Positions 1-8,023 of a stretch of DNA of 60,127 nucleotides are shown piece after piece. The stretch is taken from NCBI GenBank assembly GCA_049696835.1, contig JBAVUP010000162.1, forward strand, positions 1 to 60,127, given 5' to 3'. The notes beneath the pieces were generated by a model that worked only from the letters and a program-made list of their open reading frames with translations, did not search any database and was not told the origin of the DNA. The translations under genes and the position numbers were made by a program. This stretch comes from Desulfobaccales bacterium (GTDB lineage: Bacteria > Desulfobacterota > Desulfobaccia > Desulfobaccales > 0-14-0-80-60-11). Numbering within the stretch: the stretch's first letter is position 1; each line of letters starts with the position of its first letter.

Positions 1-133
1 CTGCGGGAATGGGAACTGCTAATTGTAAGGTAATCCCAGGACACGATACGAGCACCAGGGGGCCCGCCCGTCGTCCGGAGCCCTCAGCCTTGTTTGCTAA
101 TCCTGGATTGGTTATAAGAAAAGGCGACCGATC

Positions 134-1123
134 ATGAGCGCCTCTCTTCAACCTGGGAAAAAAGCACCCATGCGACCCATGGCCATTCGCCCCGAGTGTT
201 ATGCCTGTCTGGAGCGCCTGCTGGCCCTCACGGTGGAGTTGGCCACCCCGGACGGCGAAGTGCGCCGCCAGGCTCACCGGGCCGCCCGCCGCCTCCTGGA
301 CCGGGACTTCGGCCCGGCGGCCATCCCGGCGCGCATCGCCAACCGGGTGCTCCCCGTCATCCACCATCTCTCCGGCAACGCCGATCCCTTCGGGCCCCGG
401 AAAGTCGCGGCCACCGCCCTGGCGGCCCGGTTGCACCGGCGCCTGGCACCGGCGTGCGGCGAGGATCTGGAATCCCTCCTTAAGTTCGCGGCCCTGGGCA
501 ATGCCCTGGATTTCTTCCGGGGAGAAGCGGAGGTGACCCGGGAGATGCTGGCCCGGGTGGAGTTCGCCATTTTCCATGGACCGGAGTTTCGCCAAGCTCT
601 GGCCGGTCCCCCCGGCCTCCTCCTCTACCTGGCGGACAATGCCGGGGAGCAATTCTTCGATCGCCCCCTGGTGGTGGCGCTCCGGCGTCGGGGGTGGCAG
701 GCGCTCTACGTGGTCAAGGGTGGGCCCATCCAGAACGATCTGACCCGGGAGGACCTGGAAGCCTCGGGCCTCAGGGAGCCTTTAGAGCCCGTGGCGGATA
801 CCGGGGCCCGTACCGTGGGGTTGCAGCTGGACGAGGCCAGCCCCGGCTTCCGGGAACTCTATGCGGCCGCTCAGGTCATTGTGGCCAAGGGCATGGGGCA
901 TTTCGAGACCATGAGTCACCTGGGCGACCGACGCGTCTGGTTCCTGCTCCAGGCCAAGTGCGTCCCGGTGGCCCAAGCCCTGGGGGTGTCCCGGAACGCC
1001 TTCGTATTCAGCCGCACCCCGCCCCTTTCTTCTGGGGACCAGGATGATTATCATGTGTCAGAGGCGGAGAACCAGGTGTCACCGCCAGTTCCCGGCCTCA
1101 AAAATCCTGAAGGAGAAACCTGA
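134..1123 (+). CDS. DUF89 / ARMT1-like metal-dependent (damage-control) phosphatase family protein
   Basis: 329 aa ORF. Typical DUF89 layout: N-terminal CxxC (ECYACLERLL), LADNAGE and KGMGHFET-like motifs. The stop overlaps the next start (TGATG). Confidence 0.8.
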   Translation: MSASLQPGKKAPMRPMAIRPECYACLERLLALTVELATPDGEVRRQAHRAARRLLDRDFGPAAIPARIANRVLPVIHHLSGNADPFGPRKVAATALAARLHRRLAPACGEDLESLLKFAALGNALDFFRGEAEVTREMLARVEFAIFHGPEFRQALAGPPGLLLYLADNAGEQFFDRPLVVALRRRGWQALYVVKGGPIQNDLTREDLEASGLREPLEPVADTGARTVGLQLDEASPGFRELYAAAQVIVAKGMGHFETMSHLGDRRVWFLLQAKCVPVAQALGVSRNAFVFSRTPPLSSGDQDDYHVSEAENQVSPPVPGLKNPEGET

Positions 1124-1326
1124 TGCCGGAAATCAAAGTAAAAGGCATGAGCTGTGCCCATTGCGTTGCCGCCATGACCAAGGCCATGGCCGGTTTGCCC
1201 GGGGTGAGCAATGTCCAGGTGGACCTGGCCAGTGGCCGGGTGAGCTATGACAGCGCCGCTCCCATCCCGGCGGAAGACCTGGCCCGGGTGGTGAAAGCGG
1301 CGGGCTTTGAAATGGCCGCGGGCTAA
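1123..1326 (+). CDS. Heavy-metal-associated (HMA) domain metallochaperone, CopZ-like
   Basis: 67 aa with a GMSCAHC metal-binding motif near the N-terminus. The length fits a ferredoxin-like fold. Confidence 0.85.
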   Translation: MPEIKVKGMSCAHCVAAMTKAMAGLPGVSNVQVDLASGRVSYDSAAPIPAEDLARVVKAAGFEMAAG

Positions 1327-1422
1327 GGCTCTTAAAAAAAACCCTGACAGCCTGCCGAGACAGAAAACCTAAGCCTTGACCGGGGGCCGGACTCGCCATG
1401 AGAACTGCGAGTCTGGCCCGGG

Positions 1423-2970
1423 CTATTTATGGAAGGGCTGCGGCGGCGCCGAGGGCGCAGATGGCCGGGCCGGAGCCGATCCCCGGGGCGCCGGCGGGTG
1501 AAAGGCCGGCTGGGGCGCTGGCCGGGGAGCAGCGCGAAATTCCCTCGGAATCGCCGGCTGAAATCCTCCGTGGGAGGGCGCACGAAATTCCCGCGGCGGG
1601 GCCGCTCGGAATCCTTCCCCGGCGGGCGCACGCAGTTCCCTGGAAGGTGCCGGCCGGACCTCCCGCTGGGGGGGCGGCCGATATTCCCGAGAAGGTCCGG
1701 GGAGCTCTCCCGGGGTGGACGGGCCCGGCGCCGGCCGGGAGGCTCTCCCGGGAGCCTGAATCACTGGCGGGGGCGCGTGGGGCACAGTTGCGGGGGCCCG
1801 GGGGGCGACTTCCGGTTTGGCCAGGGGCCGGAACTCCGGCCGGGTTTCAATGCGCGGTTGCGGCTCCCCCAGCCGTCGCTTAACGCTAATCTGGCGCCGC
1901 ATCGAGGGGGTCAGGGGCATGGAGGCCTGGTGGGGCAAGGCCATGCCTTTCATATGCGGCAGGTTTTCAGGCCGCACGAATCTCGACGGGGTCGGCGTAT
2001 ATTTGGGAATCGCGGGGGCGGCCGGCAGGTGCGCCAGCGGCGGTAAGACCCCGGGGCGGGTTAATTCATGCTCCACCCGGCCCACATTCTGCACCCGGGT
2101 GATGGGAAACCTCCGGCCCTCCAGCACCGGGCCAGGTATGGCCTCCCGCAGGAAGGGATGTCGGGCTATCACCCCGGCCGGCGGCAACACATTGCGCATC
2201 TGCCTATAATGATAGTTATTGACGTAGTTGTTGATCTGCACGATGTTGACCCTGCTAACCCGGGAGATGAACGGAAAGGGCGGCCCAAAGGAATAGTAGG
2301 CCCCCGGGGCATAACCGGGGTAGTAAAAGTCGGTCAGGGGAAAGGTGCCGCCATACACGATGGGGGCATAACCCAGGGGCGCCAGGCAATTGACGCAGTT
2401 ATAATACGAATAATCCGGGGCAAAGGGTTCCCCGAAACCCAACAGAAAATCGGCCGCCCGGGCGAAAATCCACAGCGGCGCCGCCAGTAGGTCCAAGACC
2501 GGGGCTCCGGGGGTATAGCCCTCCTCCGGGTAAAAGGCCGGCTCAGGCTCATAATCGGGCGGGGGGGTAGGGGCCCAGCCGACATAATCATCGCTGGTGC
2601 GCCAGGCGGCCGTGGACGGATACCAGGTGCTGCCCGGAGACCAGACCCAGCCGTACTTCGTGGTGGGCATCCAGTTACCGTAATGGTAGGTGGCCCAGCC
2701 CCAGGGCTCGGAGGTCTCAAAGACCCAACCTCCGTGACTGGGCGTCCAGCGGCCGTCCAGGTAGGGACGCCAGGAGGATGCCACCTGGGTGGGATACCAC
2801 ACCGGTCCGTATTTGCCGTAATCGACCCATTTGCCATAGGGGGCCAGGCTATCATAAAACATGGCCAGGTCCTGCGCGTCTGCCCAAACCGGGCGCACCG
2901 GCCCCAGCCACCAGGCCAGTTGCAAACAAACCAGGATCACGAACCCGTGAAGAAGCCGTCTTGGCAACAT
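1423..2970 (-). CDS. Secreted W/Y/G-rich repeat protein (DUF6600-like N-domain) with a proline-rich PxRE[FLVY]R repeat tail
   Basis: Signal-peptide-like N-terminus (LVCLQLAWWLGPVRPVWA). Also has YGKWV, WGWATYHYGNW and GWVWSPG motifs. The C-terminal third is degenerate tandem repeats (PREFRAP, SRELRAP, QREVRPA). Confidence 0.7.
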   Translation of the reverse strand: MLPRRLLHGFVILVCLQLAWWLGPVRPVWADAQDLAMFYDSLAPYGKWVDYGKYGPVWYPTQVASSWRPYLDGRWTPSHGGWVFETSEPWGWATYHYGNWMPTTKYGWVWSPGSTWYPSTAAWRTSDDYVGWAPTPPPDYEPEPAFYPEEGYTPGAPVLDLLAAPLWIFARAADFLLGFGEPFAPDYSYYNCVNCLAPLGYAPIVYGGTFPLTDFYYPGYAPGAYYSFGPPFPFISRVSRVNIVQINNYVNNYHYRQMRNVLPPAGVIARHPFLREAIPGPVLEGRRFPITRVQNVGRVEHELTRPGVLPPLAHLPAAPAIPKYTPTPSRFVRPENLPHMKGMALPHQASMPLTPSMRRQISVKRRLGEPQPRIETRPEFRPLAKPEVAPRAPATVPHAPPPVIQAPGRASRPAPGPSTPGELPGPSREYRPPPQREVRPAPSRELRAPAGEGFRAAPPREFRAPSHGGFQPAIPREFRAAPRPAPQPAFHPPAPRGSAPARPSAPSAPPQPFHK

Positions 2971-3191
2971 AGGGGAAAGCTCCCGCTAAATGAGGTAAGC
3001 TCGCGGCGCAACCCGCCGTAATTGTTAAATTAAGAACTTAAAAGTGGCATATCAAGGGAGCAAGTTGAAAACCCAGGGGGAAAATTCATAAAAATTTGAA
3101 CAACCTTCGAGGCCGCCCCGGGCGCACCGGGGGCAGAGAAGTAAGGCTCACTCTGTTAAGGGAATCACCCCCAGGTTGGCTCTGGCCGCGG

Positions 3192-3860
3192 TCAAGCCTG
3201 CGCCAGTTCCGCCCGCCAGAAGATGTGGTGGGCCGGACGCAAATTCCCCCGGGCGCCCGCTGCTTCCTCCAGAATGCGGGCAAATTCCGGGGCCGGCAGG
3301 GCATGGTGCCGGCTCACCGTGCGATAGCCCAGATAGACCAAGGGAAAGGGCAGCCCCGTTTCCCCGGCGAAGGCCCTGAGATCATGGGAGGAGGCCTCCC
3401 GGCGCAGTTCGTAGACCCAGGCCCGCCCTCCGGGCGCCAGCACCCGGAGCAGTTCCTGCAGGCCCGCCACCGGGCACGGCCAGATATGAAAGCTGAAGCT
3501 GGCGATGAGGTGGTCGAAAACCCCGGCGGCAAAGGGGAGGCGGCAGGCGTCGGCCACCAGCCACCGGGGCGGTGCCTGGGACGCCACGGCATCTTGCCGG
3601 GACAGCGCCCGGCGGATCATGGCGCGGGAGAAATCCAGGCCCCAGAGATCGAGGTCCGGGCGGGCCGAGGCCAGATGGCCCAGGAGATAGCCCGGGCCGG
3701 TGCCCACATCCAGGAGACGGCTGCCCGGGGCCAGCTGCGCCGCCAGGTCTCCCACGAAGAGCCGGTAGATCAGGCGCATGAGGGAACCCTGCGCCATACG
3801 GGCGTAAAGCCAGGGCGGGGGTTCGAGATGTTTACCCCGGAAAATGGAAGTCAAAGTCAT
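3192..3860 (-). CDS. Class I SAM-dependent methyltransferase
   Basis: Motif I LLDVGTGPGYL, followed by a typical Methyltransf_11/25-like region. The start is uncertain (alternative ATG at 3797). Confidence 0.8.
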   Translation of the reverse strand: MTLTSIFRGKHLEPPPWLYARMAQGSLMRLIYRLFVGDLAAQLAPGSRLLDVGTGPGYLLGHLASARPDLDLWGLDFSRAMIRRALSRQDAVASQAPPRWLVADACRLPFAAGVFDHLIASFSFHIWPCPVAGLQELLRVLAPGGRAWVYELRREASSHDLRAFAGETGLPFPLVYLGYRTVSRHHALPAPEFARILEEAAGARGNLRPAHHIFWRAELAQA

Positions 3861-4053
3861 CGGGGTTCTTCCCGGCCAGGCGCCACCCCACCTTGAGCAA
3901 GGTCCCCCACCAGCCGAAGTGCACCACCGCCACCCCTAAAAAGCAGGCCAGCGCCACCCACCCTTCACTCAAGGCCCCCAATATGAGCAGGAAGGCCATG
4001 ACCAGGAGGCCGACCACCAGGAGAATGATGTCAGGCAGGTATTTCATGACCAT
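3832..4053 (-). CDS. Small two-helix membrane protein, unknown function
   Basis: ATG at 4053 is preceded by GGGGGTGG. Two hydrophobic helices. Lies between the TauE and methyltransferase genes on the same strand. Confidence 0.45.
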   Translation of the reverse strand: MVMKYLPDIILLVVGLLVMAFLLILGALSEGWVALACFLGVAVVHFGWWGTLLKVGWRLAGKNPDDFDFHFPG

Positions 4054-4097
4054 ATTAAACCACCCCCTGCCGTTTTTCGCCACCGGACCCCGGCAGG

Positions 4098-4871
4098 CTA
4101 AAGGAGGCCGCTCCCCAATCCCAGGGCAATACCCAGGAGCATCATGGCCACCAGGAGCTGCACCAGACGCAGGGTCACCTTCTGCATCAGGCGGTTCCCG
4201 AGCCCGGCCCCGGCGAAGGCCGCCAGGACGGCGGCGGCCAAAAGCCCGCGGTTGCCTTCCAGGTGCAGCCCCGGCAAGGTTAAGCCATACATGATGATCC
4301 GGGGAATATCCACCATGAGGGAGATTACCACGCCGGTGGCGATGAAGCCCTCTTTGGTCAGCCCCGCCTTAAGGAGAAAGGGGCTACGCAGCGCCCCCTG
4401 ATGTCCCGACAGCCCCCCGAAGAAACCGCTCAGCACGCCCCCCAGGGGGAGATAGCGGGCCGGAAAGGAGAGTTGGACGCCGCCCGGCGCCAGTTCCAAC
4501 AGGGCAAAGATCAGAATCAGGCAGGCCACCACCAGCTTCACCGGCAGGACGTGCACGGCGTGGCCGAAGACCTGGTAGGTGAGCAGCGGCGGGAGGTCGG
4601 ACAGATACAGGAGCACCCGGGCCCCCACCAGGGCGCTGACGATGGCCGGCAGGCCGAACTTGAGCACGATCCCCCGGTCGGCATGGCGGCCCAGGAGCCA
4701 GCATTTAAAAAGATTGTTCAGGGCATGGACCACCGCGGTGAGGGCGATGGCCAGGTCGATTGGGAAAAACAGGGCCATGGCCGGCAACAGTAGGGTGCCC
4801 AGGCCGAACCCCGAAAACAGGGTCAACCCGGAGGCCAGGAACGCAGCCAGACAGATGATGAGGTATTCCAT
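4098..4871 (-). CDS. Sulfite exporter TauE/SafE family membrane protein
   Basis: 257 aa polytopic protein with the internally duplicated 4-TM pattern and G-rich helices typical of the TauE/SafE family. Confidence 0.85.
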   Translation of the reverse strand: MEYLIICLAAFLASGLTLFSGFGLGTLLLPAMALFFPIDLAIALTAVVHALNNLFKCWLLGRHADRGIVLKFGLPAIVSALVGARVLLYLSDLPPLLTYQVFGHAVHVLPVKLVVACLILIFALLELAPGGVQLSFPARYLPLGGVLSGFFGGLSGHQGALRSPFLLKAGLTKEGFIATGVVISLMVDIPRIIMYGLTLPGLHLEGNRGLLAAAVLAAFAGAGLGNRLMQKVTLRLVQLLVAMMLLGIALGLGSGLL

Positions 4872-4874
4872 AAG

Positions 4875-4906
4875 AGCTATCAGCCGTCAGCTTTCAGCTT
4901 TCAGCC
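4875..4906. repeat. Tandem heptamer array (AGCYNTC x4)
   Basis: Sequence agctatc agccgtc agctttc agctttc. The same array type occurs at 15411-15438, 15626-15652 (inverted) and 32733-32762. Confidence 0.7.
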
Positions 4907-4973
4907 AAAGCAATCACTTGAATGGAGGCAATATATAGCGTTTGCCATAAATTTAGGCCGATGGCTGGTCTTT

Positions 4974-5003
4974 AAATCCCCCTAAATCCCCCTTTTTCAA
5001 AGG
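4974..5003. repeat. Left half of a REP-like palindromic element split by the IS insertion
   Basis: Sequence aaatccccctaaatccccctttttcaaagg. Joined to 7900-7904 it reproduces the reverse complement of 10284-10318 exactly. Confidence 0.8.
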
Positions 5004-5027
5004 CGATTCCCCAGAACTTGACATAAA
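5004..5027. repeat. IS left terminal inverted repeat
   Basis: cgattccccagaacttgacataaa matches the reverse complement of 7863-7886 (cgattacttagtacttgacataag) at 19 of 24 positions. Confidence 0.7.
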
Positions 5028-5095
5028 TCAAGACGGGTAATCGCTCCGAAAAGGGGACGGAAATGAGAATAAAGTTTAGTATTTGGTTAATAGGA

Positions 5096-5818
5096 TTAAT
5101 CTTTCTTTGTATCGTAATTCAATTCGCTATCGGGGGACAAGGCAAATTTGCCGATTGGGGCAGCAAATTCCCAGCAAAAGCTATGGTATTCCTCTTGGTC
5201 GAAAATAGTAATGTATTTGACATAGCCGAAACAATAGAATTTAATGGCAGGATTTGTGGCCACAAGGTTCCTGGGGTTTACGGCTATAAGGGCATTCCAT
5301 TCAAATTCATTAATGCTGAACATGTGGGAATCTTCGAAAGGTTCTTCATTGCTGCCGATAAAGGATACGAGAGGGGGGTGAGGATCGGGCAAGTTTTCAC
5401 GGGAAGGAGGGTTTGGAAGTTTATCACCCTTAAAAGCTATCTCTATTATGGTAGCTGGAGTTTTCCCAAGATTGTGCAAATGAAGTTGGGCGACGATAAT
5501 ACTATCTCCCAACGCAACCTTGTTAATGGGTTTAACTTTAGCAAAAACATGTGCTCTTTCCGAGGCTGCGAGAGCATCTGCACTTTGTTTGGCGGCATCA
5601 CTAGATTCTTTGGCAATTTTGAGGGAAGTCTCCATATGATCAGATTGCTTCAACGAGACTTTCCACAGCTTTCTGTTAGTCAACCACAAAGTAACTGTGA
5701 AGGCGGCTATTACAGCAGTAGCGGTGGCACTAACAAAGCCATTATGGATTTGAATCCATCTAGCAACAAAAATGATAGCTTCTTTAAGGATGACGAGGAG
5801 AGGAGCTATTTTATCCAA
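5096..5818 (-). CDS. IS passenger protein B: single-TM anchor, helical linker and beta-rich C-domain (unknown family)
   Basis: TTG start is preceded by AAGGAAGG. Composition is natural for a protein. Paralogous to the upstream passenger (shared NxGxTPA and Y..G.[IV].Y.[TD]IF motifs). Confidence 0.6.
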   Translation of the reverse strand: MDKIAPLLVILKEAIIFVARWIQIHNGFVSATATAVIAAFTVTLWLTNRKLWKVSLKQSDHMETSLKIAKESSDAAKQSADALAASERAHVFAKVKPINKVALGDSIIVAQLHLHNLGKTPATIIEIAFKGDKLPNPPSRENLPDPHPPLVSFIGSNEEPFEDSHMFSINEFEWNALIAVNPRNLVATNPAIKFYCFGYVKYITIFDQEEYHSFCWEFAAPIGKFALSPDSELNYDTKKD

Positions 5819-5911
5819 GGAGCCTTCCTTATCGTTTTGTTCATAGTTTTGATTATATTTGTTATATGGTACGCCTGGAAAGGTGATAAATTAACTAATT
5901 TTGTAATTATA

Positions 5912-6931
5912 TTAATCTACCTCATTGCCTTCTTCGCATATGGTTACACTCGTAACTACGCCCAAGATGCCAGTCATAGCGCCATGCATAACCCGATATC
6001 TAGTTGTGCGATTCTTACTGAAAATGTCCGTATAGGTAATTTCACCATGGACATAAATTACCAGTGTCCCTTTTTTCAATTCGGTTATTTGTTCAGTAGT
6101 AAGTGGATCTGGCCAATGGACTGGAAGTGTGTTGATTCCTTGAGAAGCGATTGTGGCTTTTGTTTCGGCCAAATCACGGCGTTTTACCGGAAGATCAGAC
6201 TTAAGTGGGTACTCTTTAACGCAAATACTTCCCCAATGTTTCAAATTAATTGCAGGAGTGGGGCCACTATTTTTGATCAAAATGAGCGCTTGTGGCCCAA
6301 TTTTTGGGTTGATAATTTGGGCACCAGTAGGCTTATAATCAGTTATTTTACTAGTCTCAACTATCGATGGATTAATAACATTAGTAATGATTACAGTATC
6401 GACCAAAACCCAGGGTCTCAGTTGTTTTTCTCTTACATCTTTAAATATTTCGACATTTTCAGCGGCAGTTTGGGTGCTAATTTCCATAGACCGAGCAACT
6501 CTTTGCATTGCATTGGCAGAACGCATAGCTTCATTAATAGATTGATTCATGGCGATGGATTGATCTTGAGATGCTCCCCACAACTTTTCAGTAGCCTTCC
6601 ACAAACGATAATTGAACCAGACAAGGAGGCCACTGAAAAGAGCAAGCAGCCAATTAGTAGTATTATCAAAAAAAGTATCGTACCAATGATGTTCTTGTTT
6701 TCCTGTGTTTTTTATATTCTGGTTTTGGTGTTGGGAGATTACTTCTTTAAGCGGGGCCTTGAGCGATTCGCTAGTGTTTTTGTCTTTGTCGGCCTGTTTA
6801 TTGCTGCTTTCGGATGGATTTTGATTATTTTGCTGTGTGCCTATCGAGATGGGCGATTGTGATTGCCCATTTGCAAAAATATTAATGGGGAATAAGAAAA
6901 TTAACAATAATATCATCCGAACAATTAACAT
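5912..6931 (-). CDS. IS passenger protein A: signal peptide, Q/N/K-rich spacer, TM, helical linker and beta-rich C-domain (unknown family)
   Basis: The ATG overlaps the transposase stop (ATGTTAA). Has an N-terminal signal-like MLIVRMILLLIFLFPINIFA. Paralogous to passenger B. Confidence 0.65.
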   Translation of the reverse strand: MLIVRMILLLIFLFPINIFANGQSQSPISIGTQQNNQNPSESSNKQADKDKNTSESLKAPLKEVISQHQNQNIKNTGKQEHHWYDTFFDNTTNWLLALFSGLLVWFNYRLWKATEKLWGASQDQSIAMNQSINEAMRSANAMQRVARSMEISTQTAAENVEIFKDVREKQLRPWVLVDTVIITNVINPSIVETSKITDYKPTGAQIINPKIGPQALILIKNSGPTPAINLKHWGSICVKEYPLKSDLPVKRRDLAETKATIASQGINTLPVHWPDPLTTEQITELKKGTLVIYVHGEITYTDIFSKNRTTRYRVMHGAMTGILGVVTSVTICEEGNEVD

Positions 6932-7812
6932 AACCGTATCGCCGCCCCGAAAATATCAGGATTCTTGCGGTTGTTATAGCGGAACTCACATTCAGCAACG
7001 TAGAGTTGCAGATACTTTTTACTAACCTTATGGAACGTACCGACAATGCCGCGTTTGATCATAGACCAAAAGCTGTCAATGGTGCTGGTATGAACCGCAC
7101 CGCAGACATATTCTCCGGTAGCATGATGGACAACCCCATGATTGAAATTTTCGCTCAGGAACCGATAACCCGAGTTATCATCTGTAGAAATCAGGCTGAC
7201 CTTGTGAGAAACGGTTTCATTCACGAAGTCGTCAAGGGTCTTGGTATCAACATTATCAATCACTTTGGCCACGACCTTACCACCCCGGCTCACCGCCCCG
7301 ATTATGGGAGTTTTGCCAGAGGGACCGCGGCCCCCGCCCCGCTTATCCCTATGCTTGTTCTTGGCTTTCCCGCCGATAAAAGTTTCGTCAACCTCAACAA
7401 ATCCCACGAGTTTGCGAAATTCAGCATTGCCGAGTCCGGCCCGAATACGATGACACATATACCAAGCGGTGTTATAAGACCCCGTGCCGATCATCCGATG
7501 GATTTGCAGGGCGCTTATGCCTTTCTTACTACTCAGCATAAGGTAGATTACCTTGAACCAAGTTTGCAAGGGATAATTAGTGTTCTCGAAAATCGTTCCC
7601 ACCAAGACAGAAAAGCGATAGCCAGTGGTAGAACACCGGCACTGCCAGTGGAAGGAGCGGCTAAGTTCATAGACCTTATCGCTACCGCACCGTGGACACC
7701 TTACGCCTTTAGGCCAGCGTCGGGAAACCAGATAGGCTTTGCAGGCATCTTCATCGGGGAACATGGCCTCAAATTCATCAATGGTCATCTGTCTGGTGGT
7801 CTTGGTTTTCAT
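6925..7812 (-). CDS. IS1595 family transposase (zinc-ribbon N-domain plus ISXO2-like DDE domain)
   Basis: N-terminal CPRCGS...WQCRC zinc ribbon, then VEVDETFIGG and the DDE-type core typical of IS1595/ISXO2-like transposases. GGAG lies 6 nt before the ATG. Confidence 0.92.
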   Translation of the reverse strand: MKTKTTRQMTIDEFEAMFPDEDACKAYLVSRRWPKGVRCPRCGSDKVYELSRSFHWQCRCSTTGYRFSVLVGTIFENTNYPLQTWFKVIYLMLSSKKGISALQIHRMIGTGSYNTAWYMCHRIRAGLGNAEFRKLVGFVEVDETFIGGKAKNKHRDKRGGGRGPSGKTPIIGAVSRGGKVVAKVIDNVDTKTLDDFVNETVSHKVSLISTDDNSGYRFLSENFNHGVVHHATGEYVCGAVHTSTIDSFWSMIKRGIVGTFHKVSKKYLQLYVAECEFRYNNRKNPDIFGAAIRLC

Positions 7813-7843
7813 CGGGAATCTCCTTCAACCCTTGATGATTACC

Positions 7844-7872
7844 AAGATAACACATCCAAAACCTTATGTCAA
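7844..7872 (-). promoter_or_regulatory. Candidate sigma70 promoter of the transposase, with the -35 box inside the right IR
   Basis: On the minus strand: TTGACA, 17 nt spacer, TATCTT, about 35 nt upstream of the ATG. Confidence 0.45.
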
Positions 7873-7886
7873 GTACTAAGTAATCG
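7863..7886. repeat. IS right terminal inverted repeat
   Basis: Reverse complement is cgattacttagtacttgacataag. It pairs with 5004-5027. Confidence 0.7.
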
Positions 7887-7962
7887 CCTTTTTCAAAGGG
7901 GGACTTTAGACGTAATTCCTCATGGTTCCCCCCTTTTCTAAAGGGGGGTTAGGGGGGATTTT
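7887..7962. repeat. Right half of the split REP-like element plus a second copy (7928-7962)
   Basis: cctttttcaaagggggacttta, then ccccccttttctaaaggggggttaggggggatttt. Confidence 0.7.
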
Positions 7963-8023
7963 GGGTTAAGGGGCGTTCCCAATGATTGAAAAAATTTATG
8001 GCATCCCCGAGCCCCCTCCCCCC

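Larger units (their letters stand above)
5004..7886 (-). mobile_element. IS1595-family insertion element carrying two passenger genes
   Basis: Contains the IS1595-type transposase CDS. Imperfect terminal inverted repeats match at 19 of 24 positions. A direct repeat cctttttcaaagg flanks both ends. GC is about 33-45%, against about 62% for the host. Confidence 0.8.

Noticed and set aside
5063-6862. The 599 aa + strand ORF as an ordinary protein-coding call
   Set aside because: Its translation is very rich in F, I, C and W. Its hydrophobic segments are the mirror image of the K/E/N/Q-rich parts of the minus-strand genes. The minus-strand proteins have natural composition, paralogy, ribosome-binding sites and coupling to the transposase. 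I therefore do not list it as a CDS. Its improbable length in AT-rich DNA is reported as a finding instead.
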